In this document: positions 1 to 12,528 of the stretch, piece after piece
Numbering within the stretch: position 1 is the stretch's first letter
Layout of the letters: every line of letters starts with the position of its first letter
From: Sphagnum compactum
Lineage: Eukaryota
DNA length: 64,000 nt
NCBI GenBank assembly: GCA_965153455.1
Contig: OZ234494.1
Span: 6,944,001 to 7,008,000, forward strand
Direction: 5' to 3'
Translations under genes and position numbers: made by a program
Notes under the pieces: generated by a model
Told to the model about the DNA's origin: nothing
Seen by the model: the letters and a program-made list of their open reading frames with translations, nothing else
Databases searched by the model: none

Positions 1-606
1 CCTCTTGTTGTGTTGCTTGATGTTGTTTTAAGTCATATTTCTCGTCATGTCAGATGCAGGGTTGTCTTCTCATGTCTTTGCAGCCCATTTGGATCATATG
101 CTTCATGTCTGATCTGCATGTCCTCTTTCAGTGGCACTATATCTTGATTTTGTATGCTTTGCTACGAAAAAATTCTTGCAGTTGTGCAGCTGATCTGGCA
201 AACATCTTTAGTGGTTGGCAGGTGGATTTTAGACATTTAATGCAAAGTTGTGTTCAAGTAAATGACTGTGTTGTGGATGGGGTTGTGATGTGCAGGACCT
301 TGAAGTACATTCTGTACATATGAGAGGTGCATTGGAAATGATGAGCGCAATTTTGTAGCACATTTTTTCAGTATACCTTGATTGCTATCGGTTTCTTCAA
401 AGTCACATTGAAGCACCGTCAGTTGCTGTGTGAATACTTTGGTCGAGAACAGTGAAGTTGGTTGTAGTAAATCTTTCAAGCAATAACAGAGCATCTCCAG
501 TGTTTTTGGTGAACAAAAATTTGCCAAACTGGAGATTTGTGCAAGGAATCTCTCTGGAGTCCAGCAGCTTGCTGGTCCCTGGAACTCATTGGAGAATCGT
601 TCAGAA

Positions 607-1402
607 ATGAATGAAAGGAGGAGGCAGAGAGCAGGTTATCGTGGGGAAGGAAATGAAGAGGAAGTGATATGTCCAAAGCCAAGGCGTGCCACCAATGTCT
701 TGGGCCCTGCCACAGAGTTCATGAAACCATCTCGCAGGCGCCAAAGGTGCATATCTTTGAACACCTTTAACGTTAACATGCTTCCCTAAGCACTGTGGAC
801 ACATCTTTGGATTTATTATACAATGTTGTTCTGTGAGTGTCCTTGGTTCTGTAATCAAGCTGCTGATTTTTACTTTGTGCTCATTGAATGTGTGTTTTGG
901 GTCTGAAAGGCTCCTTCCATGCTTATGTCAGTGTCTAGCATTCACTTTCTCACATATGTGTGTTTGTGTAGCCATTCAACAGTGCGAAGTGAAGGTGATG
1001 CTGGTTTCGAGATTCTAGACATCTTTTTGAGCAAGGTCAGTGGTGTTTCCATTTCCATGCAGTTGACTGGGGAATGCAGCAGTTTGTGATCTTTTTTTTT
1101 CTAAAAATCTTGTTGTTTGTGTTTTGACATCTGGAATTGTTGTGATCCTGGTGCAGGGAGGATACAATGACACATCCAGTTTTTCTTGTTCCCCCCCTTA
1201 CTTTTGTGGATCACCCCCGAGCCGCTCAGGCAATCCACTGATACATGATGTTCAGTTTTTGCATCAAAGAGCTCAGTCGGTGCTGTCACAGCAGATCTCA
1301 TCTTGTGGACCTTCGTCATACAAGGCTAATCCGGTGGTGCGTGTTGAAGGTTTTGCTTCATCTGCCTCTGATTCACGCTGTCGTGTGTCTGCCTTGGCAT
1401 AG
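607..1402 (+). CDS. Plant uncharacterised protein (At5g16110/At3g02555/At1g13390-like family), 3 coding exons: ~607-746, 972-1035, 1157-1402
   Basis: The spliced frame reads ...[10 protein letters not shown]...[58 protein letters not shown]...NPVVRVEGF...SALA*. GT-AG sites have compatible phases, and the motifs match this family as I recall it. The start is uncertain: in-frame TAA at 484-486, first ATG at 607. Confidence 0.8.
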
Positions 1403-2505
1403 CCAGGAGTGGCAAGGAGTACCCCTGCAATATTTGGAGGGGAAGCTCCATTAGACAGACCATCATTGTGCATGGATGGTGGTTTCACATCTTAATGGTG
1501 CATGTCTTTTCTTGGTTCACTTGATACCTTGTGACTGGAGGGAGCCTGGAAGCTAGGGAGCATGGGAGCTTACATCCCAGTTTAACCGGATGACTTGGAT
1601 GGTGAATGGCAGAGAGCTAAATCTTAATTACAGGATGTGTACTGATTTTGAGAGATTGAAAATGTCTGCCAGCAGCCAAAGAAATCCTTGTTACATTCTT
1701 TTGGTGATGCCAACTGAAAGCTGTTTTGACAGACAGCTTGTTATTTATGTAAGGGTCTTTTCCATCCACAAACCTGTACACATGACGGAGCAGCATAGAG
1801 AGAGAAAGAGAGTGAGTGCGGCATGGCGAGGCGACTAATTAGAGCAACACTGCCATTAACAGTTGTTGCATAGCCCAAATCTTGGAGTTTTGCATCTTGA
1901 GAGAAATTGAGTTTCCTAGTTCCATCCTTTTACGGCAATTAGTCCTGTACAGATATGTGTCCCTGTAATCTTATTGTAACCTTCCTGTCATTTGACCTGT
2001 CCCTGTAATTTTACCCTTGAGCTCATTGAGCTCCAATTGTGTATCACAACATTTGTGCAAATAAAGATTTCACTATTTGTTTCTGAATCTAGTGACTGCT
2101 TTGGCATTTAGTTTCCTATTGAAGTTGCTATCAGGAAACCTAGTATTTATATCAGTTGGCAGGTTTTTTGACTTGATTTTAATCATTGCAAACTTGAGAT
2201 CCACTGTAGTAGCTCTGGAAAACCTGAAAACAGTTCACAGTGTTTGGGGCTGAGTTAACTGGAAGCTGAAGGTTGCTGTGACATAGTGAATTTGAGCATG
2301 TGCAGGTCGTTTGAACCTGAAAACAGTTCACAGTTTTTGGGATGTATTCACAAAACTCTGGTAAGTTGTGTTGATTTCCCATAAAAACCTCTGGTAAGTT
2401 GTGATTCTTGTTTTTCAGCAGTCCTTACTTTCACAGTTGCAGATACTGATAAGTAGCTCGAATGTGATATGTTGGTTGTCATCCTTGTAGTGCATTGGTC
2501 CATTT

Positions 2506-2618
2506 GTGGAATTGGGGCTGCTGCTTATTGCATCAGTGTGTCAAGTCATGTCCTCTTTTGAGTGGAATTGGGGCTGCTGCTTATTGCATCAGTGTGTCAT
2601 GTCATGTCCTCTTTTGAT
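2506..2618. repeat. Direct tandem duplication, 2 x ~56 bp
   Basis: gtggaattggggctgctgcttattgcatcagtgtgtca(a/t)gtcatgtcctcttttga occurs twice in succession. Confidence 0.9.
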
Positions 2619-3047
2619 GACTGGTTCGTAATTAGCAAACTTTGAAAACATGAAATTGTCTGCTGTTTGTTCTATTTGGCCCCCCATGTTTTTGTTTTGA
2701 ATCAGGATCAATGAGCATGTGAAATTTTGTGGGAGAGGAGAGGAGAGGAGCCCATTCTCAAGGGCTGTTCATGATGCAAGGCCTGCAACTAACTTAAACG
2801 GCCAGGACAAACTCTGCATCTGGCCAGGACAAAAACCACATACAAGTAAGCAAGTCTTCTTGGCAGGATTTGAACTTTTATTGGAGTGGAAAAAGAAGAC
2901 AGAACCTGCATCAAGCTTCTTGTTCGAGATGTTAGCATTGTATTATTATGAGGGCGGAACTTTTGCATTTTTTGAACCCAGAAATATTATTTCCGGACAT
3001 ACAAAGGATTTTTGTGAAAAAATGGCCCTAATCCACCATATTTTGAT

Positions 3048-3073
3048 AATTAATTAATTAATTAATTAATTAA
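3048..3073. repeat. (TAAT)n/(AATT)n self-complementary microsatellite
   Basis: aataattaattaattaattaattaat read directly. Confidence 0.85.
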
Positions 3074-3397
3074 TCATCATATTTTTACAACAGGTTCCAG
3101 CATGCATGCAGACAAAATATAAAAGAGTTCTTAAATTGGAAAAAAACCCAACAGAAAAGGGGGAACAAAAAAAAGAAACCCTGGATAGAGGAAATTAGGG
3201 CATATGACCAATTCCATAAATGTGCATTAGCAATATAATGGGCAAGCCTCATCTCATTCCAACAAGGGATGTGTCACACGGTGGCCTTGCCATTTACATT
3301 GAAATGTCTTAAAGCAAAAGAAGAATTATGGAAACTCAAATATTTCACCATACAAAAATATATAATCTTCAAAAAAATCCTCTAAAAGAAACCAAAA

Positions 3398-3575
3398 TCC
3401 TTCAAAGGTATTATAACTCTATTATAACTAATCTCAAGTTTGAACACAAGCCAAAATATCATCTTTCAAAAATCCTCATATAAAAGCAGACCTATTATTA
3501 TTACCTAGGGATCAAAATCCCTTAAGCTACTATACTCTATAATGAATCTAAACACAATAATTCCTAATTGCCTTG
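3398..3575 (+). repeat. Dispersed repeat family A, copy 1 (copy 2 at ~48241-48415)
   Basis: ttataactaatctcaagttt(g/c)aacacaagccaaaatatcatctt...aatcctcat...agacctatt...caaaatcc(c/t)ttaagcta is shared with ~48260-48400. Confidence 0.85.
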
Positions 3576-3684
3576 GCCAGCAAATCCAATAAATAGACAA
3601 GTAAGTGGCCATAAGAAAAGAATAGGGCCAACTGATCACAATCCATCTCATTTCCTTCCTACAGCAGAAGACCAAAAGCTTTGA

Positions 3685-4005
3685 GGCAGAATGAACTACG
3701 AACACCCACCAGCACATCACCCATTGCGAGCCCCTTATAAACTCAGTTGTGGATGAACCTCAACTGAGTTAAAATATTTGGTTTCAACTTGGTAACCAAT
3801 TCTGTAGGAAAATAGGTCTCATATGTAGGTAGATAGGTAGGAAAATAGGTAGGAAAATAGGTAACTACTAGGTAAGTAGATGGTTTATACATAGGTAAAG
3901 GATGTTTTTACTACCTACCTACTAACAGCCTGCTTGTGGGTTGTTGGTAGGTAGGTAGGGAAAAAAACAAAGCAACTGAGCTAACTACCATGAGGTTAGC
4001 TAGGG
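3685..4005 (-). repeat. Dispersed repeat family B, a ~300-bp non-coding element with a (CCTA)-rich core and a subterminal hairpin
   Basis: The reverse complement aligns by eye to 49180-49455 and 59145-59430, and its tail to 7085-7150 and 48510-48565. Confidence 0.75.
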
Positions 4006-4479
4006 AACTTGAACCCCAATGGAAAAAAGTATTCTCTTGACCATCTACTATACATCATCCCTAGTGGTAGTGGTGGGCTGATGGTTGTTGGTTCCTTTGG
4101 GCACAAGCTTTGGAGCTTGCATTTTGGCCTTGTTCAGCAAGGAATCTTCATTCATTGGACACCGTCCATTGGCACACTTTCTCATTGCACATTTCCCATA
4201 GGAGCTCCTTCTCTCTCTCAAGAAGGGGAAAATAAAAACTCCGGGTCCAGCTCATCAAGTATCCCATCCATTCAAGTTTTAGACACACCACAATTTCATC
4301 CATCCAAGTTTTAGCCACACCACAATTAGACTTTTACCCCAAATTGGGGTACTGGGCTGCAGTTTTGCAAGAACTGAGGATGACATCAAAAGTTGGGATG
4401 GAAAAATAGTGAGTGCAGCAGGAACAAAAAGAGAGGACCAAACTGGTTTTCTGACCAAAATTGATCCTCACAGGAGTTT

Positions 4480-4510
4480 CACCCCCCCCCCCCCCCCCCC
4501 CCCCTCCCCC
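4480..4510. repeat. Poly-C tract
   Basis: More than 20 consecutive C. Confidence 0.95.
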
Positions 4511-4958
4511 AGTTTTGGATTTGCATTATCTGTGCCTTCACTGATTGCTCATATTCTTCATTAGCTCTTGTCAGAAAAAAATCTTGCAAATCTTGTGAAC
4601 TAATTAATACCCAGGTTACTTAAACAGTACCCAGTTTCACTCATTTTATGGCTACACTCAAACTGGGGATGAAACAGGGATTACATGGTCAAACTAGGTT
4701 CCAAACACAGGGTGACTTGTAGGATAATATTTTAGTTCTGCTAACCTTGCAACACTGTTGTTGTCTATGGTTAGCACATTGTGCAGTGCAGGTGATAGAA
4801 CAGGTCCACCACCAGAGAGTAAAAGTGGCCTGTACACCTTACTTTGGATTAAGTATAATCTTCAAATAGGGGTGAAAATGGGTGTGGAGTTTGGACTTGT
4901 AAAATTTGCACACAGAATACCTACTGTGATTATTATGCAGTCCAATCTTTCATGTTTA

Positions 4959-5115
4959 TGGGTGGGGGGCTCGGGTGGGTTGCCGAAACAACTAACACTC
5001 TATTTGGATGCCATAAACCCTACTTTTTATGTTTGTGGGTGGGGCTTGGGTGGGTTGGGGAGACAACTAACACTCTATTTGGATGCCATAAACCCTACTT
5101 TTTATGTGTATGGGT
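4959..5115. repeat. Direct tandem duplication, 2 x ~76 bp
   Basis: ...gggtgggttg...acaactaacactctatttggatgccataaaccctactttttatgt occurs twice. Confidence 0.9.
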
Positions 5116-5953
5116 GATGCAGTGAAAATGACTGAGACTCTATTTTGGATGTGATAAACACTAGTAAAGGCCCAAATAGGGGGGTGTGGGTGGACTTGCT
5201 CTTAGTTACTTTGAGCCTGATGTGTGGATTACAAGCTGTATGTAGCAGGCCATCATCTACCAAGTCAAGGTGCAGGCGTGCCAAGAGTGCTGCTGCTACA
5301 GAGCTCATAATCAGACCAAAGGTGGTGAATAATGAATACTTGAATACTAGATACGGTCAAGGTTGTTACCTACTACCACTTTAGCTATTTTAAGCTGCTG
5401 AACTATGTAGAGGTGAAAAAGGACAGCCAGGATCTGGTGTGTAGCTGCCCTCCTTTGAGCCAGTAACAAAGCAACTCTCCATTAGTAGTACACTGTACAG
5501 TGAATTTTAGATAAAGAAAAGTCAAAACATGCCGGTTTGGCTGAGCAAAAAAAAATGGTTTTGGCCCAGCACTTGTGCACAGACAGTATGCTGAGGCTGC
5601 TGGCAACTGGCACAGCAAAGCCTAACCTAACACATGCTGTTGAGTGGCTAGCTGGTTTTATTGGTCCAGATGGGTTGCCATTTATACTAGTCTCCCTCCT
5701 TTTGCAGTTCCAGTTTTTATAGGTCAGGTTGGGAATAAGTAAATAACTAATCTTGAATGTGAGAAATACTCTTGCAGGGCCACATACTGAACATGGGACA
5801 GAAGAGCTGCTCTAAATGATGAGTGCTGTTCTGTGTGCAAACTTTCTCAAAACCTCAAGAATTTAAATTAATTTAAAGGAAATCTTTAAAACTTTTGCAG
5901 AAATATTCAAGAACATGATGGCTGGTGCAAAAGTCATGGAGTCTATAGTCTAT

Positions 5954-6002
5954 ACCTACCTACCTACCTTCCTTCCTTCCTTCCTTCCTTCCTTCCTTCC
6001 TT
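5954..6002. repeat. Compound microsatellite (ACCT)n(TCCT)n
   Basis: Read directly. Confidence 0.95.
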
Positions 6003-9000
6003 ATTCAGGAGGTAAACAGGTTTGGAGTGGTGGCTGGGTGGTAGTGGGCCTACCAACAAACTAGTCATGACTGTGGGAGCTGTAGCACATGCTGTGTACT
6101 ACAAGCTGGTGGAGCAGTGACCTGATGAGAGGCATAATATACCCATCAGATCATACAAGTGATTTTGTAGTGATTTTGCAGCAGGATGGTAGGCTGGTTA
6201 CCCCTCTTCATTTTGTTCACCTAGACAAACAGTTTGGCAGGGTACCTGCTTAATGAGCAGGTAGGTTGCCTCCAGGCTCCAATTGAGAAAGGCTTTCATG
6301 AACTTTTTCACCAACTTTGTACTCTGTGAATGGGGTGCAGAGTTGATTCCTTTTGCAAAAATAGTGGTGGAAACTGGCTGCTGCTGCTTCTGCTGCAGTA
6401 CTTACTACTTCCTTCAAATTGAAACTACACAGATCATGATGAAATTTTTTCACTTACCTTGGACTTTGGGAATTTGGGTTTGCAGATTTGCAGACTGGGT
6501 GAGATTCCTTCCTTTTGCAAAGAGTGGAACAGCAGCCTGTTGCTGCAAGCACTTCAAATTAAGAGATTAACAGAGCTCACAATTGGTTGCAAGAACACTC
6601 ACCCTTTTGATTCTGTCGTGAGTGAGGTTCCTGATTAGGTAGTACATACTACTACTACTAGTGCATCTGATTGCACTGTAAAATTTGTGTTGGAGTCAAT
6701 GTATTCAAGAGTATTCTGAAGAAAGTGGAATGCTGTTGTGACACAGGTAGTATGTGGGAACTGGGTTTTGGGCCTGCTTGAACCAGCAGCACCCACCAGT
6801 GCACCATGCAAGATGGATGATGTGTGAATGGGAACATAACCATGGTGGTTAGCTTTGTACTGACTACTGACCATCCACATGCATCTACTACCCACATAAT
6901 AGTCTCCAAGTGCCTGACCTACAAACCCTAAAACCCATCTATAGTTATCACTTACATTCACTATCTAGGTACTTTCATATGATAGTCATGTGCTACACAT
7001 GTAGTTAAGCTAGGTACTAGTGAGGGAGAAGTAGGAGGGTTTTTACAGGATAGGTTTTCAAGGTGGAAACCTTGGTGACTCGGATGGTGGTTCATCCACA
7101 ACTGAGTCATAACCGGTTTCCAATGGATGATTTCCTTGGTGGGTGCTGGATCACATAATCGCTCATTTTTAGGCAATTAAGACTACACATCATCAGCCTT
7201 TCTTTTCTTTTCTTTTTACAAATGAAATTTTGCCAAAAAGCTTTGTTCAAAATGCAACCTAAAAAATTGAGGTGATTTTGGAAGGTTTGAATCACCAAAA
7301 GTGAGCACAAAGATTAGCAAAAATTGTCAGATTTTTATATTTTGGTTTTCATAGTGTAGCCAAAATATAGAAAGGTTCATTGAAAATTCGTACTTCATTT
7401 CTGGTTTATGACCAGATTTTCTCCAGGTTTATTTGCCATTTTTTTTACATCTTCTTGTGGATGATCATTATTTAGGGTGCATGAAAAAATTCCTAAGAAA
7501 AACACTGGTACACATTCAATTGAGCCTATAACACCTTTACACTAGAAGGAGCATGGACCTTACGGACAGAAATAGGTGATCTTCAAGCACACATATTAAA
7601 TACCTGGTAACTTTGAACTAGCTTTACGAGACTTACTTTGGACTTAAAAAGCTCTTGTAGTATAAGTAAGGGCAAGCAAATGATTTGATATTCCAAATAT
7701 TTCAAAGATCATTTCTATTGATATGATCTCATTCTATTTTGCTTTCTATGTAATTCAATTTAATTGCATTTTCAAATCTTATGTTGAGGAATACAAAATT
7801 GTCATTTAATGAGTAAATGAGGTAATCTGAAACATGATTATGTTTTAAATTAAGTAATTTTATCGTACATATCATGGCATGGCATGGATGATGGACCTCG
7901 CATACTTTTGCACCTTTATCCTATGGATTGTGTCAAGCATGGATATGGGAAATGGGTCACATAGATGTAAGGGCCAATTTGGTACTCCTTAATTTGGTAT
8001 CCATCATGGACAAGTAAGCCACTTTTCAGCGATGGTGATGGTTTCTATATGGATGGCAATGTATTACCATGTAAGTGTAGATACCCACACCAAGTAAGTG
8101 TAGATACCCATACCATGGACCTCTATCAATATGTCTACCACATCCCACCTCTCACATTGGAAACCCGAATTGGACCCCGCATGCAAAATAGTGTGCAAGT
8201 TATTTCCCCACCTCCACCCATAAGACGTGAAATTCCAAACGATGCACATTACAGGTCAAGTAAGTCATTGTGACCAACCAATTGAAGTCAATCCTATTTC
8301 TTTAGAGGTCCTTTTTGAGAGCATTATATCCTCTACATTTTTATAGTCCAAATCAATGTTGTGCATGTAAGTGTGGCTGATTTGCACACCATATAAACTT
8401 GTGTAAGTGTAATCACTTACATGCCCAATTTTTTTACCCTTACATTGACTGTTGGGCATTTTTCTCGATTTACGTTTATGTTTGCATGGCACTTTTGTGT
8501 ATATTTTGAAATACATTTACACGATGTAATGTATTTTATTGTTTCATTATGTAAATGTAAATAATCATGCAATATGGCCTTCATTTTTTAAAGTCATAGT
8601 CTTCAATGACATTGAGAGATACAATATCCTCATTATGTTACTAATCCTAATCATTTGTGGGAGAATGAACAAATGAGCAATGAGAACATTACTCAATACA
8701 TATGCATATTGCACATTGTCTTTTTCTTCTCTCTTTTCAAGATTTAAAACAACAAATATGGAAATGGTGTTGGTTCAACAAGTCAAGAAGGAAAAGGGGG
8801 AAAGGGCAAATGGTAGGCATGAGGTTAGAAAAGGGAAGGAGATAGGTATGAAAGAAACGAATGGAAGTGAAACCAATTCAAAAAACAAGGGGAAAATGGG
8901 GGAAAGGGGCAATTGGTTGGCATGAGGCAAGAAGAGGGAGGTAGATAGGAAAGAAAAAAAAAGTTAGGTATGTAACATGAAGGAATGATATCTTTCATAG

Positions 9001-9099
9001 TCCTTTTCATTGTGGTCTTGTGAGGTCTCCCATGTTGCTCCCCTTTGTTTAAATTTTTTTCAAGTGTAGTTGATGGCATTATTGTTATCTTACAACTTT

Positions 9100-12000
9100 T
9101 TGCATTAGTACATACAAAAGACCATCATGATATTACAAACCATCTTGAAATTTGAATTTGGCATGATCATTGGAAAAATCTTAGACTTGACGATGATTCT
9201 TTAATTGGCCTTGGATGCCAATAACAAAAGGGTCTTTCTTCGAATTTTCATGAATTTGATAAAATAAAGGTTATGTCATTAGGAATTATCAACAACACTT
9301 AAAGTAAAAAATGTTCAAGTTTGAAAATGACATCACATTATTGCTTATAGCTTGCATCTCCCTCCTTAGGCGTGAGGTATGAACAACGGGACAATGCATC
9401 AAGTTTCCTTTGTTAGTGCATAAGGTGATATGTGATGACAATCAAAATCGGGACAAGGATAATGGCCATTGAGCTTGGCGTTGATTCAAAACACGAGTTG
9501 TCATGAAATATTGCAAGTTCTTGTGGTTTTAATACACATTGATTTCATGTTGAGTTCTTTTAAACAAATGATGTCATCTTCAAAGGCATCCACGATTGTT
9601 AGAAGTTTTTTATCATGAATTTTATAATTAATCTTCGCAAGAAAAAAATTACGAGAATGGAAGCTGACATGATGAAGAAGATTACCTTCTCCAAGTTGTG
9701 AAAGTATGGCGCCTATTGCAAAGTCGAAAACGTCCATTTCCAAAATAAAAGTTTTGAAAGGGTTTACATGAATCAAGGGTGGGGTAATCTTGAAAAAAAC
9801 TTTCAAAGATTGAAAGGAATTATTAGTTTGAATTCCCCAAGAAAAAGGTTGAACCTTTCTAAGTCAAACGAGTAAGAGGGTCCACTGTTGAAAATAATTA
9901 AGCAATGAAATGTCGATAAAAGTTGGCAAATCTAATAAAACATTAGAGATCTCAATAATTCAGTCCACAATAATCAACACATATTTGTAAAGAACCATAT
10001 TTCTTTTTGACAAAGAGGATAGGGGCATCAGTTGGAAATTTGGAATGTCGAATGAACCCCTTTTCGAGATTCTCTTAATGTATTCATGAAGTCCTATAAG
10101 TTCATTTTGTGACAAATTGTAAATGGGTGCGAATGGAGGTTGCGTTCCTTTGTCAAAATCAATGGTGCAGTGTCTGATCGATGCTTAAACAAGGTGTCCA
10201 CATTTTTTTCTCAAACACATCCTTGAATTTTTGGTATTAGAAAGGAATCTCATGTGGACATGGTTCAATATTTGGTGAAGGAAGAACGTAAATAAAAAAT
10301 GCATATCCTTTCTTAACAACCTTCATGAAAAACATTGCTCTAACAAACAAAGGCTTGGGGTCTTAGGCTTTCTTGTACTACTAAGGTCTTCCTTCTACTT
10401 CAAATTTTGCATGCTTCTAACTAAGGTTTCACATTCCAAGGCCACGTGTTGTGGTGTTTCAAATTGAAGACTTTTTGTATGCCAATCCACTAATGAATTA
10501 TGTAGAGCAAGCCAAAATAATCTAATGATGATAAAATTTCTTGGAAATGAAATGACATTGAAAACAACCTTGACGGTGTGGGAACTAATGGTAACATTTA
10601 ATGCCTTGGTTTCATGTGTGATTAGTCCTGATGAAAGGTTCCAAACATTAATGACCTCAACTGACATTTGTGTGCTCTTTTCCACTAGAGCCAACTTGTA
10701 TTGTTGCAAACGTTCTTTGTCAATGAAACATGTTGATGTGCCAAAATCAGGAAGTGTTTGGGCTTCCATTGTCATAAACTTACTACATTTGACAATGATT
10801 GATACCAAGAAACATGGTGCTAGATCTGAAGATAGGTTGGGACCATTTTCATTACATGATGTATTAAAGTCTAGCCTCGTGGTCTTTACTGAGACCAGAC
10901 ATGTTCGTTTTTTGATGCTTTTGGTTGTGGATTGGTAATAAAGATGGCATGTGTTGCATGTGGACCACATTTTTGTGGACATTCGCAAACAACATGACTT
11001 GGTTCTCCACAATACAAATAAAGATTGTTTATTCATTGACGTTGCTTCTCTTGTTTCATGAAAGGTTTGAATCTTGTTTTATCAATCTTCAAGGGGTCAT
11101 CTTTTTGCAAGGTTGTTAAAGGATGGGTTGACATTATAGGTGGAAAACTCTTTTACATTATTAATGGTGCAAAACTCCTTTGTGTTGTCAATGTTGGTTC
11201 ATGACACCTTTCTTGTCAACATTCAACACCGAATAACTTGTGCAAAAACATGATTTAATGTTGAAAGGTCTTTGGCATGGTGAGTAGCAAGTCCTTCACA
11301 TCACCTCATAACTTAAATTGGAATTAATTTATGAATGTTGTTTCACCCCATGAAATATCACAAAGCTATTGTCTAAAATCTAATGCATATATTGCAGCTA
11401 AATGTGATCCTTGACAAAGATAATGTATTTTGATGTTAAACGAACATTTTTTGTCTGAATCTCTAGGTGGCATTGAATTTTTCAAGGAATGCTTCAAAGT
11501 CGTTGAGTAAAGGTGATTGATGCTCCAACAAAGGTGTAAACCAAACAAAGGTCATGTTTAACAACAAAGTACCAATGAGTCCAACTTGGGTTGGGCTAGT
11601 TAGATATTGATGAAGATGAAATTAGATGACAAGATGCATTTAGTTGAAAAAACCTCAAAACTTTGAATGTGAGCCATTAAATTTGTTAAGTAGGTTAATA
11701 TGTGGCTCCTTTGGTTGGGGTTGTGTTGTGAAAACACATCTCGAAGAGGTTGAAGCTTGATTGGTTTGCAAATGAGCAACACATTCACAAAGTGTTTGAT
11801 TTTCATGTTAAATTCCTAAGGATAAAAAGGACTTCTTCCGTAAATGTAAACATGATCTTGAAACAAAAGGATAACAAGAAAAAATGACAAAAATAGGTTT
11901 GATGGGAGTTTGTTTGAATTGTCATGAGCACAAAAAAACTAAGTCTACAAGATTTTTGAACCAAGACAATAACAAAAGCAAACTTGGTTCCAAATCTAGA

Positions 12001-12528
12001 TCGTGAAACAAGAATAATGAGAATAAGAACACGATATGGGCCAAAAATAATAATTCAATAATATTTTATTGCAAGAAAAATATAAAAACAAGACAAAGTT
12101 ATGACAAGAAAATGTATCCAAAACTAATGTTGAACATACTAAAGGTAATGGGGAATTATATCTCTATTTATACCTATTGGACACCTAGCTGTTGAAAAAG
12201 ATTATTAATAAACTTTCAACTTACATGTGGCCCATGTTTGCCCATGTGTGCCCATGTGTACCCATATGTGAATTAAGAATTCACTAGAAGTGAATTGAAA
12301 GTGAACTAAGAGTTAATTAGAAATGAATTAAAACTTAATTAAGAGCGAACTAAAATAAACTGAAAAAAATTTGAAAGTGAATTAAAAGTTAATTATAACT
12401 GAACTACGATTTAATTATAATTTAACTAAAAGTGAACTAAAATTAAACTAGGAGTTAAATATAAGTTCATTACAAATCATGAATGAAAATTTATATGAAT
12501 GAATTTCATGGCATTGGCCTTCGTGATA
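9100..12528 (-). mobile_element. Decayed Ty3/Gypsy (Tf2/Tcn1-like chromovirus-type) LTR retrotransposon: 5' LTR, gag, protease, partial RT, RNase H; 3' truncated
   Basis: Minus-strand fragments: protease-like AQTLPDFGTSTCFID, RT start [35 protein letters not shown], RNase H FILEMDVFDFAIGAILSQ...NYKIHDKKLLTIVDAFE, and LNQRQAQW...DALSR. Many stops and frameshifts. Confidence 0.85.
11920..12528 (-). repeat. Probable single LTR of the Gypsy element, with internal minisatellites
   Basis: Bounded by TGTCATGA (11920) and a degenerate inverse TCGTGATA (~12521-12528), and directly abuts the gag region. Contains about 4 gcccatgtgt-like units and gtgaa(c/t)taa units. No partner LTR seen. Confidence 0.55.

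Noticed and set aside
7640-9080. Short ORFs next to the Gypsy element, and similar ones at 12540-13760
   Set aside because: No recognisable domains or consistent splice structure.
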